Notes under the pieces: model-generated
Seen by the model: only the letters and a program-made list of their open reading frames with translations
Databases searched by the model: none
Told to the model about the DNA's origin: nothing
Position numbers and translations under genes: made by a program
Assembly: GCF_006345805.1 (NCBI RefSeq)
Contig: NC_043010.1
Location: 29,760,001 to 29,824,000 of the forward strand
Reading direction: 5' to 3'
Source of the DNA: Octopus sinensis
Lineage: Eukaryota
Length of the DNA: 64,000 nucleotides
Shown: in pieces, positions 1-11,359 of the stretch
Position numbering within the stretch: the stretch's first letter is position 1
Layout: every line of letters starts with the position of its first letter

Positions 1-581
1 AAGAATAGGTGCTAAATATTTACTTTTCCTATGCATTGATACACGTAGTCACTTGATATTCAATGATCAAAGATCAAAGGTAGCTTACCTGGGAGTGACT
101 GCATTATTTAGATGCATGATATAATGTTTCTTATTGGTGAGGTTTTAAAACTTACATATTGCAGAGATCTCTACACTACTTGATAATATGAAGGTTACAT
201 GCACATGTGCATGCTCTCTCTTTCTCTCTCACACATACACACACGCCATCATCACCACTACTGCCGCCATCATCATCATCTTCATCATCATCATCATCAT
301 CAACAACATTATTATCATCATCATCATTTTGTGTCTGCTTTTCAATGGTGGCATAAGTCACATGCAACTCACTAAGATCCAGCTACAAACAGCAACAGAA
401 GCAATTGGCCAGCTTAGTTGTGTTTCTTACAATGCAGACTGGTTATATTTTATTAATCACTTAACACTAGAGAGGATGTCTGAGGCTATACTAAAAACTC
501 AGTCATGCCATATAACCATTCCAATTCACATTCATTTCTCTGCTAAATGAAAAGAGACTACATCTTGTTTATAAAAGCCTT

Positions 582-999
582 GGATCTTTTCGGTTTGAAT
601 GACAGTTTTTTAAAATAATTTCCTCATAACTAAACACTTTTAAACTTCTTATACTGGTAGAATGTGTTTATAAAAGATCTTTTTCTCTTGGCTTTATTGA
701 GAAAATTCTATAGTTTGTAAGATATTTGTTGTTTTTTTTTCTTCAATTTCTGCAATTTCAACCAATCAATGACATCGATTGAGGTGAAAACATTCTGTGC
801 TGTATGAATATGTCCCTTGTTTAAGAAACTGATTGGGTTTATTTACATTTGTGAATAAAAAAAGATATCCTTCTCCCCACCCCTAACCCTAACCCTAAAA
901 CAGATTGAAATGCAATAGATCGAGACTAGGGTCATAATTATGGGTGACAATTTCATATGACACCGCTAGAAAAAACTGTCGTTCAAACCGAAAAGATCC
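582..999. mobile_element. Non-autonomous DNA transposon (MITE), ~29-bp TIR, 8-bp TSD
   Basis: Ends GGATCTTTTCGGTTTGAATGACAGTTTTT and AAAAACTGTCGTTCAAACCGAAAAGATCC are inverted repeats. Direct repeat AAAGCCTT flanks both sides (574-581, 1000-1007). A second copy lies at 41419-41818. Confidence 0.9.
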
Positions 1000-1019
1000 A
1001 AAGCCTTTGATATATTGTC

Positions 1020-1400
1020 ATCATCATCACCATTTAACATCTGTTTTCCATGCAGTCATGAGCTGGACTGTTTGACATAAGTTGGTTAGTCAGAGGACTG
1101 TTCCAAGTTCCTGTGTCTGCTTTGGTATAGTTTCTACTGCTGGATGCCCTTCCTGATGCCAGTCACTTTACTGAGTTTACTGGGTGCTTTTTTTATGTAG
1201 TAATGGTATTAGTGAAGCCACCAAATAACTTGCAAGACAAGACTCATCAACTGACGTGGGTGAGGAGTATTGTGTTGGGGGTTCAGCTTTATATCAGGTG
1301 ACGAGAGGTTAAAGTGTGATAGACGGATAGGAACAGGTGTCTTGCTATTGGGGAGATACATGGTTACTCCAGTTAGAAAAGAGAGAAGATGGTGAAGATG
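1020..1400 (-). mobile_element. RTE-related short retroposon with (ATG)n tail (family C), decayed
   Basis: Starts CATCATCATCACCATTTAACATCTGTTTTCCATGC and contains CTGGATGCCCTTCCTGATGCC, shared with copies at 3800, 12990, 36830, 53660, 55180 and 56060. Confidence 0.7.
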
Positions 1401-1822
1401 TATCAGTGCTGCATGCCCTCAAATTACAGTAAGGTGAATGTAAGAGAAGTGGTACGGAGAATTGAACAGGTGAGATATACATTGGCACATGGTTTAGCGG
1501 TTAGAGGCATTTGGCTCGTGATTGTAAGGTCACGAGTTTGATTCCTAGTAGCACAATGTCCCCTTTAACAAGATGCTTTATTTGATGTTACTCCAGTCCA
1601 CTCAGATGATGAAAATGAGTAGTACCTGTATTTCAAATGGTTAGCTTTATCACATTCTGTATCACATTGAATCTCCCTGAGAACTGTATCAAGGGTATGT
1701 GTCTGTGGAATACTCAACCACTTGCACATTAACTTCATGAGCTGACTGTTCTGTTGATCGAATCAACTGGAACCCTCGTCATTGTAACCAACAAAGTGCC
1801 AGTTATATATATATATATATAT

Positions 1823-2139
1823 ATTCTTTTACTTGTTTCAGTCATGTGACTGCAGCCATGCTGGAGCACCACCTTGAGGGGTTTTAGCCAAACAAATTGA
1901 CTCCAGGACTTATTTTTTAAGCCCAGTACTTATTATATCAGTCTGTTTTGCTGAACTGCAAAGTTATGGGGATGTAAACACACCAACACCAGTTGTCAAG
2001 CAGTGATGGGGGGGACAAACACACACACATATTCATATATATATCCAAGCTTCTTTCAGTTTCCGTCTACCAAATCCACTCAGAAAGCTTTGGTCAGCCC
2101 AAAGCTATAGTATAAGACACTTACCCAGGGTGCCACGCA
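1823..2139 (-). mobile_element. tRNA-derived SINE (family A)
   Basis: Reverse complement of the 3341-3726 copy: CTTTTACTTGTTTCAGTC...GCCATGCTGGAGCACC...CTTTCAGTTTCCGTCTACCAAATCCACTC. Confidence 0.8.
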
Positions 2140-3043
2140 AACTACAGATCATAATCATCAGTGACAGAAATTATTATTTCTTTACACATCATTAGGAATA
2201 GTTCTGAGGACAGAATTACAGCCATCTGCCATTTTTCAATAAATATACTTCTTTCTTTATCATTCATTTTCACATTTTTGTTTCAAAAATTGCTTTGAAT
2301 TTCTTAAGAGTTCCATAAAAATTAACCACCAACAATTTATAAACAGAATTCAAATTATGAGATATGGTATTTCTCAGTTTAAAAACCAGAAAGGATTACA
2401 GCATCAAGTATCATATTTCATGTGGCTGGAATTACTTTTCTCATCATTGTCATTCTGGCCTTGACCACCCTGTCCTTTTAGATTATAGTCTAAGATTACA
2501 TGATTCCAAGATTTCTTAAGGTAAAAAGGTATGATTTCTAATATGTTCACAAACCATTTAAAGGCACCAACTATAAAAATATTAATGGGAAATGCATAAA
2601 CATGTCAGAAGCTGGGTTATGAAGCATTAATTTGCAGAGGTTTATGCTTCAATTTATGAAAAATGAAGATGTTATTTTAAATGCAAATGAAATAAGCTTA
2701 AACACTTCAAATAGCAAACACTGTAACATAATGTGTGTGCTCGTGCATGCATGCGTGTGTACATGACCGGCTTCCATACAGTTTCAATCTGTGAATTTCA
2801 ATCACAAGGCATTGGTTAACCTGAGGCTTATGTTAATAATACCAGGTTGCTGACATGATATTGTATAGACTCAGATATCAAATATTGAGTAGCAAAATCA
2901 AAAATCTCAATGTAGAGTGCAAATCAAATATTTTGGCAATCAGAAATCAAGTCTTCCTCATGCAAGCTTTGGAATTCTGGAATACACAATCTCAGGTGGA
3001 AAAATTAAAGAACAAAAGGTAAAATAGAAAAATATTGTTGTTA

Positions 3044-3077
<34 letters not shown>

Positions 3078-3340
3078 GCACATCTAATGGATATGCAGTG
3101 TTTAAAAGCATATGTATAAATGGAGTTTCAAGACATCCAACTACTCATGGAAGTTGGTCTCCAAACTTTTATCCGAATTAAGCCTGTGGAACACCTTATT
3201 TTCTTCTAACATGTTACCCAAAACTCTTTTTAATGCCTATTACTTTCTGTGTATTATATTTTGAATTTTTAAAAATGTCTTTTTCTATATCCCATTATTA
3301 TTTTTATCTATATTCTATTATTATTATGTTTACAAGTATA

Positions 3341-3726
3341 GGCACAGGAGTGGCTGTGTGGTAAGTAGCTTGCTTACCAACCACATGGTTCTGGGTTCAT
3401 TCCCACTGCATGGTACCTTGGGAAAGTGTCTTCTACTATAGCCTCGGGCCAACCAAAGCCTTGTGAGTGGATTTGGTAGACGGAAACTGAAATGAAGCCT
3501 GTTGTATATATGTATGTATATGTTTGTGTATCTGTGTTTGTCCCCCCAATATTGCTTGACAACCGATGCTGGTGTGTTTACGTCCCTGTAACTTAGCTGT
3601 TTGGCAAAAGAGACCGATAGAATAAGTACTAGGCTTACAAAGAATAAGTCCTGGGGTCGATTTGCTCGACTAAGTGTGGTGCTCCAGCATGGCCACAGTT
3701 AGCTGACTGAAACAAGTAAAAGAGTA
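3341..3726 (+). mobile_element. tRNA-derived SINE (family A), near full length
   Basis: Head TGGCTGTGTGGTAAG...GGGTTCATTCCC (A/B-box like), central (TA/TG)n, end GACTGAAACAAGTAAAAG. Many related copies occur in the window (for example 14215, 26265, 28560, 34108, 37370, 37650, 38630, 41190, 46855, 51715, 52215, 53950). Confidence 0.88.
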
Positions 3727-4399
3727 TATATGTCCATGTATATTTTTAGTATTCATATATTTTTATATCTCTAATATATCATTATATATTTCAGCTTGGA
3801 CATCATCATCATCATCATCATCGTTTAACATCTGCTTTCCATGGGTTGGACAATTTTGACTGAGGGCTGGCGAACCAGATGGCTGCACCAGGCTCCAATC
3901 TTGATCTGGTAGAGTTTCTACAGCTGGATGCCCTTCCTAACGCCAACCACTCCAAGAGTGTAGTGGGTGCTATGACGTGGTATTTGTTTATTAGTCATCA
4001 CTAAATGTAAACAACACTAAATTTAGCACAATCATTAATTTTAATACAATGTCTTAAAGTCAAGGTACAAAACAGAAAACTTCACACACGTATGACATAC
4101 GTCCACATGTAACGACCATTGCAGCAGCACTGGAGAGAAGTTCACACTCCCGTTCTCTTTATAGTCAATGTGGAACCTCAAGATATTTGTGAATTGTATT
4201 GAAACTTGGTATGCAACCTCTTACGGATACCATATTTACTGTTTTGCATTTTGCTATGTAGAAATATGTATTTATTATGACTTATAATCCATGAAATCCA
4301 AAATTCGACCAAAAATAGCAATTTTTAAAATTTTCAATTGCATTGCAGAGCCTGAAAAAATATTTAACTACAAAGTTCTTTATACACCATTCTTTTAAC

Positions 4400-5200
4400 T
4401 CTAATTCACAAAATATCGATTCTTGGTTACCAATTTCAAAAGTTGCATTTTTTGCTCCACCTTATGTGCAACATGGTAATACTAAGTTTTTGTTAATGCT
4501 ACCAGCAGTTGAAAGAATTTTTAGCATTTATACTGGCTTGAAATCTTACTTATGTTGCCAAGAACACTCTCTGGAACTGATAAAACAATTCTTTGAAAAT
4601 AATTTTGGAGAAATATATTCATGGTCTGTACATGGACAGTGTAGCCTTTTAAATAAATCAATTCTGGTCATGGAGAAGGACAATTCCAATGCAAGAGATA
4701 TCACTATAGAAATGTAAAATCTGATTCCAATATAGAAGAAAGAAAAAACTGTGAACATGTGTCTCAAAATGCAATGGCCTTGCAGAGAAAACTTGAAGAG
4801 AATGGTGAAAGCATTGAAAAAGTGAAGCAGATAATTAAAAGGTTTCATGAAAGATGTTTCTCATACATGGAAAGAAAATGTTTCAATTGGCAGAAGACTG
4901 TGTTGTTAAATTCTGGAGACATATTTTGTCCCAGTGTTGGGCAGTCTGCAGCTAAGATTGCCCAAAGGATTGAAAAGTAATTAATAAATTTTGATGAATT
5001 ATATGATGGAGTTGTTATTGCAAAGAGCTAATGCAGAAGTTTGGACAACTCAAAACCTTTAAGTATGAAGAACAGTGTCGATTTTTTTTTTGTTTTGTTC
5101 ATTGAAATGAAAGATAGATGTGAGTAAAAAATCAGTGCTGTAGTAAAATACATTCTTTGTTCACCAGTTGAACCAGTGCTTTCTGTAACAAACAATGCCA
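4400..5200 (+). mobile_element. Degenerate hAT-like transposase relic
   Basis: Translation QHGNTKFLLMLPAVERIFSIYTGLKSYL...IKQFFEN resembles the hAT TRWLS...VERIL..Y..LKSYF segment. VKYILCSPVEPVLS near 5150 resembles the C-terminal dimerisation motif. The frame is broken by stops and frameshifts. Confidence 0.55.
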
Positions 5201-5504
5201 TCAGATAAGAGGGACAACATAGCAGAAGCTGCAGTCAGGATCTGATGATGACTTAAATATACTTTTCACAAAGCAGCTCAGAATTTTTTAAACATAATTT
5301 TAAAATGACAATACATTTTTTTAAGAAAAGTAGTTTCAAGCAGAAAATATGAAAGTACTAATGGTTGAATAAAGTATTACTTGACAATAAACAACTTGTT
5401 CAGTTTAATTCATTTTTAAATGCTGCTGTTTTACTTGACAATATTTTATATGCATATGCTGCCCAATAAAGAATAGCTGCTTTGTACTTCTGTTTCTGTT
5501 CACC

Positions 5505-5820
5505 ATTGGGTAAGACCCCCTTCAGTCATGAATGACCATGGGATTGCACCGAGGTACAAGTCTGGGCAAGGTTGTTTATGGAAGGCCAGCAGTTGCCCAT
5601 GCATACCAGCCTCCCCTCTCCATACCACTGATGTTATCCAAGGGAAAGGCAAAGGCCGATACAGCTTGGCACCAGTGATGTCGCAACTCATTTCTACAGC
5701 TGAGTTAACTGGAGCAGTGTGAAATAAAGTGTCTTGCTCAAGAGCACAACACACAGCCCAGTCCGGGAATTGAAATCACAACCTCATGATCGTAAGCTCG
5801 ACGCTCTAACCACTGAGCCA
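5505..5820 (-). mobile_element. tRNA(Arg-like)-headed SINE (family D)
   Basis: Minus strand begins ATGGCTCAGTGGTTAGAGCGTCGAGCTTACGATCATGAGG. The body matches 22155-22485 (+) and 39838-40170 (-). Confidence 0.85.
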
Positions 5821-6099
5821 TCCCAGACCGGGCTGCGTGTTGTGTTCTTGAGCAAGACACTTTATTTCACATTGCTCCAGTTAACTCAGCTGTAGAAATG
5901 AGTTGCGACATCACTGGTGCCAAGCTGTATCGGCCTTTGCCTTTCCCTTGGATAACATCAGTGGTGTGGAGAGGAGAGGCCAGTATGCATGGGCGACTGC
6001 TGGCCTTCCATAAACAACTTTGCCCAGACTTGTACTTCGGAGGGTAACTTTCTAGGTGCAATCGCATGGTCATTCATGGCCGAAGGGGGTCTCCCCATT
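5821..6099 (+). mobile_element. Family D SINE, 5'-truncated, inverted against the adjacent copy
   Basis: CCCAGACCGGGCTGCGTGTTGTGTTCTTGAGCAAGACAC...GAAGGGGGTCT is the reverse complement of the 5505-5768 body. Confidence 0.85.
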
Positions 6100-6249
6100 C
6101 TGTTCACCATCCTTTTACGTCTTTCAGCAAGACTCTCAACCTCCTCAGTGATAAAGACAAAGCGTACATCTTAACTCAGAGCTATTATTTTCAACACTTG
6201 CAAAGGGAAAGCCTTCATATCAGAAAGCATGCAATTATATTAATATATT

Positions 6250-8200
6250 TGCTATGAAAATTTTCCGGATCCTACGACAAATGGGGAGAGGAGGTTCACT
6301 CACCGTCAACAATCAACTCACATGCTGTGACTTTTTAAACCTTGCGTAATATTCTCATTGTTCCCGGCTTCACACACACAGATATATATATAGGAACAAT
6401 TTATGGAAGGTGACGCAAATGATAATTTACATTTACTAAAAGCATGTTAAACTGACAGTGTTGATCTTAATAAAAACTACGTCGATGGGGCCACTCAAAC
6501 TCCCACTTTTTCCCGTCATGGACAGTGACTCTTGTTTCCACCTTATTTATTTATTTATTTATTTTTTAGCAACTTTTAATCAATCTCGTCGTTTTTTCTT
6601 TATTTACACAAGGAACACCGGAAGAAGCATCACCGCCTATAATTTTACTTCCTTTCATACGAGGACAACGGACCAGCCTCTCAAAGAGGAAATTTTTTTT
6701 TTATTTATGTATATACATACATATATATATTTATATTTATTTATTTATATATAAATATTTTAGTATATATATATATATTTGTCTATGTGAATATACTGAT
6801 ATATATATGTAGATATTTATATATATATATATATACTCTGTATATACATATAAATATATGTATAAGTTGTTTCCGTGCTTATTATTTCGTTAACCAGCCA
6901 CTCTTTATACCCTCCCGACAGCATCATCATCAACAGGAACAGACAATCGATTGTCAAGGTAATTCAGTCTGTTTTGCTTCATAAACTTTTCGTTTCACTT
7001 TTTATTTCTTATTTATTCTGCCTTTGCTTCGAAATTTTTTTCAAGCCTTTCTCTTTTACTTCCTTTTGCAACCAATCGGATAATTGTCACCGACAGATCG
7101 AGCACTTATAATAGTTTTTTTTTTTTTTTGTGCGTGTGTGTGTGTGTTTATGATTACAGTGACATGTAGGATATTTTGTCGTAATATGAAATCTCACCTC
7201 GGTACTGGACTTAAACTTTATCTTAACGATTCCGGGATTAAACCGGAACATTGTCGACTCAATCGATTCTGGCAGTCCACCCGATTATAAAATGGAATAC
7301 AGTTTACTGTTGTTTTTTTTTTATTTTGTTTTGTCTTTATCTTCATTTTCTTCGCAAGAAGAAAACGCACTTTGAATTGTTAATTACTATCATACAATCA
7401 TTTGCTTTAGCTTTCTACTCCCCCACCCACTTTCTGTACGCGTGTGTAATAAATATGTGTATATATGTACGTTTATATAGATAGATAGATAGAAAGATTT
7501 GGTGATACAAACTGGAAAAATAGAGCTCAAAACACGAGTATTATATTTTTTATTAATATTTATCAGAGGCAACAGAGTGACTCAGGACAGAGAGTTTCGT
7601 GCGTTAGCAATTATGTGTGTATGTATATATATATATATCTTCGAACAGTCTATTAACTAATTATGGCATATAACTGATCGGAATGTTACGTCGGATTTGC
7701 GCCGACTATTGCACTTGGCAGTTTTTATTGATGACTCTTCAGACATGGTGGCCGGACATAAAATATAAAATGCAACCACTCTACTTCTCATATTGAGTGT
7801 GCTTTTTGTTCTGACTTAAGGAAAACTAATGGATAATTGTATAAATGCTTACATGATTGTGAAGATCTGGTCTTCTGAGTCGCCTGTCGGTTTGTTCAAA
7901 TGGTTGAACAACTTGAATTCCCAGTCAACTTGATCTTCTTCATAAATTTGGCTCAACTCTCAATATCGAGTCACACCATCAATAAACGTTCCGTTATCCT
8001 TAAACTTGCTTTGGAATAATAGCGTATTTTCATATGCGCGCACACACACCCAGTTACTTTGAGATTATTAAACCCGATGGTACGCCTTTTTTTTTGTTTA
8101 CACACACACACACGTGAGTGTAAAGAGAGACTGGGGATGAAGAGGGAGGTGACAGTTTCTGAACTTAATCTTATTTTGACATATAACTCTGTACATCCTC
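6250..8200. promoter_or_regulatory. CpG-retaining region, candidate promoter/first exons of the 11360 ZNF gene and of a divergent transcript
   Basis: CG dinucleotides are visibly frequent compared with the flanks. Minus-strand donor-like GTGAGT occurs at 6298-6303 and 6316-6321, with CCGGAAG (ETS-like) near 6618. It lies 3-5 kb upstream of the ZNF coding exon. Confidence 0.45.
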
Positions 8201-9559
8201 CCAGTAGCAAATACATTGAGTTGGACGAGATGATCCTTGAATGAAAAATAAAATAACTGCAATTTAGCAGCCCCTCCCACCCTCATTTTTTTCCTCGATA
8301 CTATCATCGAAATGTATATTTTTAATGAAATTTTGTTGAAATACATTTTCGAGAGTGTAGATTACTTGATGTTGATATTTCAAAAGTCATGGAAATTGAT
8401 AGTGAGAAAGTTGATGAGGAAGAAAGATCCGGAACTTCTCCAAAAAATTCAAGAAATTATCTTTGTCTGAATTTTATCAACGTAATCGTAATCTACACTC
8501 TTAAAAAAAATCTTACTATTATAAGATTTACTTTTAAAAGAAAATAAAATTTTCAGAAAGTTTGGAAGAAACGAAGTTGGAAGCGGGCACCAATCTCTTG
8601 TTATGCGCATACCATATTTGATGGCACTTAAGATGTACACACACACACACACACATATTGTATTTATGTGATTTTAGTATCTTACAAACAGAATCAGAAT
8701 TCGTGATAAAAGGAAGTCGTACAAAATAAGTTTATTCATGAATTACATATATTTTCTACTTAGGCTGATTATGATGATATTAACTATTTACTTTTCAGGA
8801 CAGTATTGACCTAGCTGACGTATTTTACTCAAAAACATTCTCATCTTAATCTCCTTATTTATTTTCTTCGGTTTTTTTTTTGAGGGGTGGGGGATTGCTC
8901 TATATTTTACTGCATTATTCAAGGATGTGATTTGAAGAAGCTTTAAGGCCTAGCTCTGGCGCCAGAGGCTTACCGAATTAGAAAGAAAGAGTAATATTTT
9001 CTAATAACAAACACCAGTTGAGAATTGAAACCATGTCTGGCACAGTGTTTTATTGGTTTGAATAAGACAGCAAACATACTACAGTCCAGCTTTCAAGGAT
9101 TTTAGTCAACTTTAGTATATTTCAGTTTGGTATGAATCAACTGGTTGTTGATGACAACTGACCACAGGATAAAAGTTCACACACATATATGTCACCATCA
9201 TCATTTACTATCAGTCTCCTAGGTCAGCGTGGGTTGGACAGTTTGACAGGATTCAGTGAACTGGAGGACTGTGTTGAGTGCCAGTATGGGTTAAGGGCTT
9301 AGAAAAACTGAGGGACTGCTGCAATAAGTGTGTGAAGCTGAGAAGGGAATATGTTGAATAATTAACCGATCCTCCCGTATTTTCTTTTACCCAAAGCCAG
9401 GAACTTTTCCGTACCCCCTCGTACATTATTGTCTAAGTAAAAAGAGTGAGTCACTTTAATGAGAACTTTGTGTCTGGCAACTACAGCCCCCACCAGCAGG
9501 GTATATGTCCCATGTTAGGAATCACTGGCATACAAGATTCTGTGATGCTGCTAAACTCA

Positions 9560-10124
9560 TTACAGAATCACCTCCATGCTTCACTGTAGGGGCCAAACAA
9601 TTGGGTTTGAAAGCTTCTTTGGGCTGTCTTCAGGCATAAACTCACCCTAAAGTAGGGGGAAAACAATGATATTCTTCCATTGAACCAATGACCACTCCTA
9701 ATTGTCCAGATGCCATTTTTTTGCTTATCACTGTTAATGGGGAATGAGAGAGGTTTAGCAGTTGCAGCCCTTCCATGGTATCCAAACTTTATGGAGCTCA
9801 CAATGAATGGTTTTGGCCGACTCAGGGTTGGCAAGATGGTGGTTCAGCTCTGCTGTCAATTTTGCTGCTGTAGTTCAATAGATTTTAGACACAATATATT
9901 TCACTAATCTACCGTCCCTCTATGTGAGTTTTGCTTTCCCCCCAGAATTGTACTTACGAAAGCTAGTTTTACCTTGGTTTGGGAATACCTACAAGATTTC
10001 AGTGACAGTTCTTCTTAAAGCATTAAACAATTCAGCAGTTTTGGTATCTGAAGTGCCAGCCATCTGTGCTTCAACAATTTGTCCCTTTTGGAAATCAGAT
10101 AGGCCACATATTTTAATTTGCCAT
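9560..10124 (-). mobile_element. Tc1-like transposase relic (N-terminal HTH to first catalytic region)
   Basis: Minus translation LSDFQKGQIVEAQMAGTSDTKTAELF...TTAAKLTAELNHHL...GRAATAKPL...PTVKHGGDSVM matches Tc1 motifs. It has in-frame stops and frameshifts. Confidence 0.85.
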
Positions 10125-11359
10125 AGGGGGACTCCTTGTTATGCTTTACCAACCCCTAGGGGGTCCTTCGGACCCCCTTTGGCAACCCCTGGACTAAGCC
10201 CTTCAAGGTAGTGACCTAGGATAACCACAGTCAAATGAGTGAAATATATAAAAGAATATGTATGTGTGTGAAAGTGTGTCTGTATGAATTTGTGGTTTTA
10301 TGTTTAACAGCCATTATCATGTGCCAAACTAAAATGCGGCTATCGCTTGAGTCTATTTTGTAGACTCACTTATTACCTTCCTTTGACAGGGAAGAGTTTT
10401 CCTTTACTTGGTATCAATGAAAAGGGAAATTGTGAGATAGATGCAATTGAAAGGTTTGAGAACAGAATTTTACCTCTTAAGCGAAGCCTTAATTAGCATC
10501 TTTGGGTACCACTTGAAGAGGAAAGTGATGGTAGAAGTACTGCCCTCTGTAAATTTTTTGTAAGTTTTAAGAGTTGAAAAATTGGCATAGCTAAAAGAGC
10601 CTAGTCTAACTATGATACAACAGCTATAGGTTGGCAGCAAGGACTGAAAGGAAATACTTGCTTTTTTTAGGGTAATCCAGGGTTGTGTATGATGTGTCCT
10701 AAATTACTCTTATAAGAAAGGATCCCATTTTAGGGATCTTGTTTTGTTTGTTCTAGATTACGGTTGTCATTTATTGTTCTTTATTATTATTATTATTATT
10801 GATCTTACCCCTTTATTTCATGTGAATCCTACATTGTTTTTTTTCTAGCTCTTTTTTTAAAAATTCTATCTTTGTGCTGCGCCCAAGATTTTAAGCCTTT
10901 GTAGCCAATAGAACTCATTAATATTATCACTTCAATTTCCTATCAATTAATGTCTTTTTTTTTTTATTTCAGTTTTTTCAGTGAGTCTCTAAGATTCCAT
11001 TGGAGGAGCAAGGAGTATTTACAGTGGAGTACAGAAGAAAGATTTGAAAGATATTGCTAAACCATCTGTAACATACCTCACAGTTCTTAAAAACCGAGAT
11101 ATACTTTTATACTTTTAAAGAAGATATTACTGTTCCTTCCACTAGTTTTGTGAAATCTAGTAAAAAAAAAGTTGCAGCTTGTAAATATGACTTCAGTTAT
11201 TTACATAACTTGTGTGTAACAGAACAGTGAATTAGCTGCTTTCAAGCCACTACTTCAACCAGTGTATTTTGGGGGGATTGTGTCGTTTGTCATATATATA
11301 TATATATATATATATATATTCCTTATTAGTTTTTCTGTTTTATCAGTGGAATTTCTACA

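Noticed and set aside
880-900. Telomere or telomere fusion site (also TTAGGTTAGGGTTAGGG near 25467)
   Set aside because: Only 2-3 units, internal to a MITE or isolated.
5500-6073. Recurrent similar short ORFs (KGKGRYSLAPVMSQL) suggesting a small gene family
   Set aside because: They are translations of family D SINE copies.
8340-8640. Possible coding exon (LLDVDISKVMEIDSEKVDEEERSG)
   Set aside because: It is short with no clear splice pair or recognisable domain, so it is unsupported without expression data.
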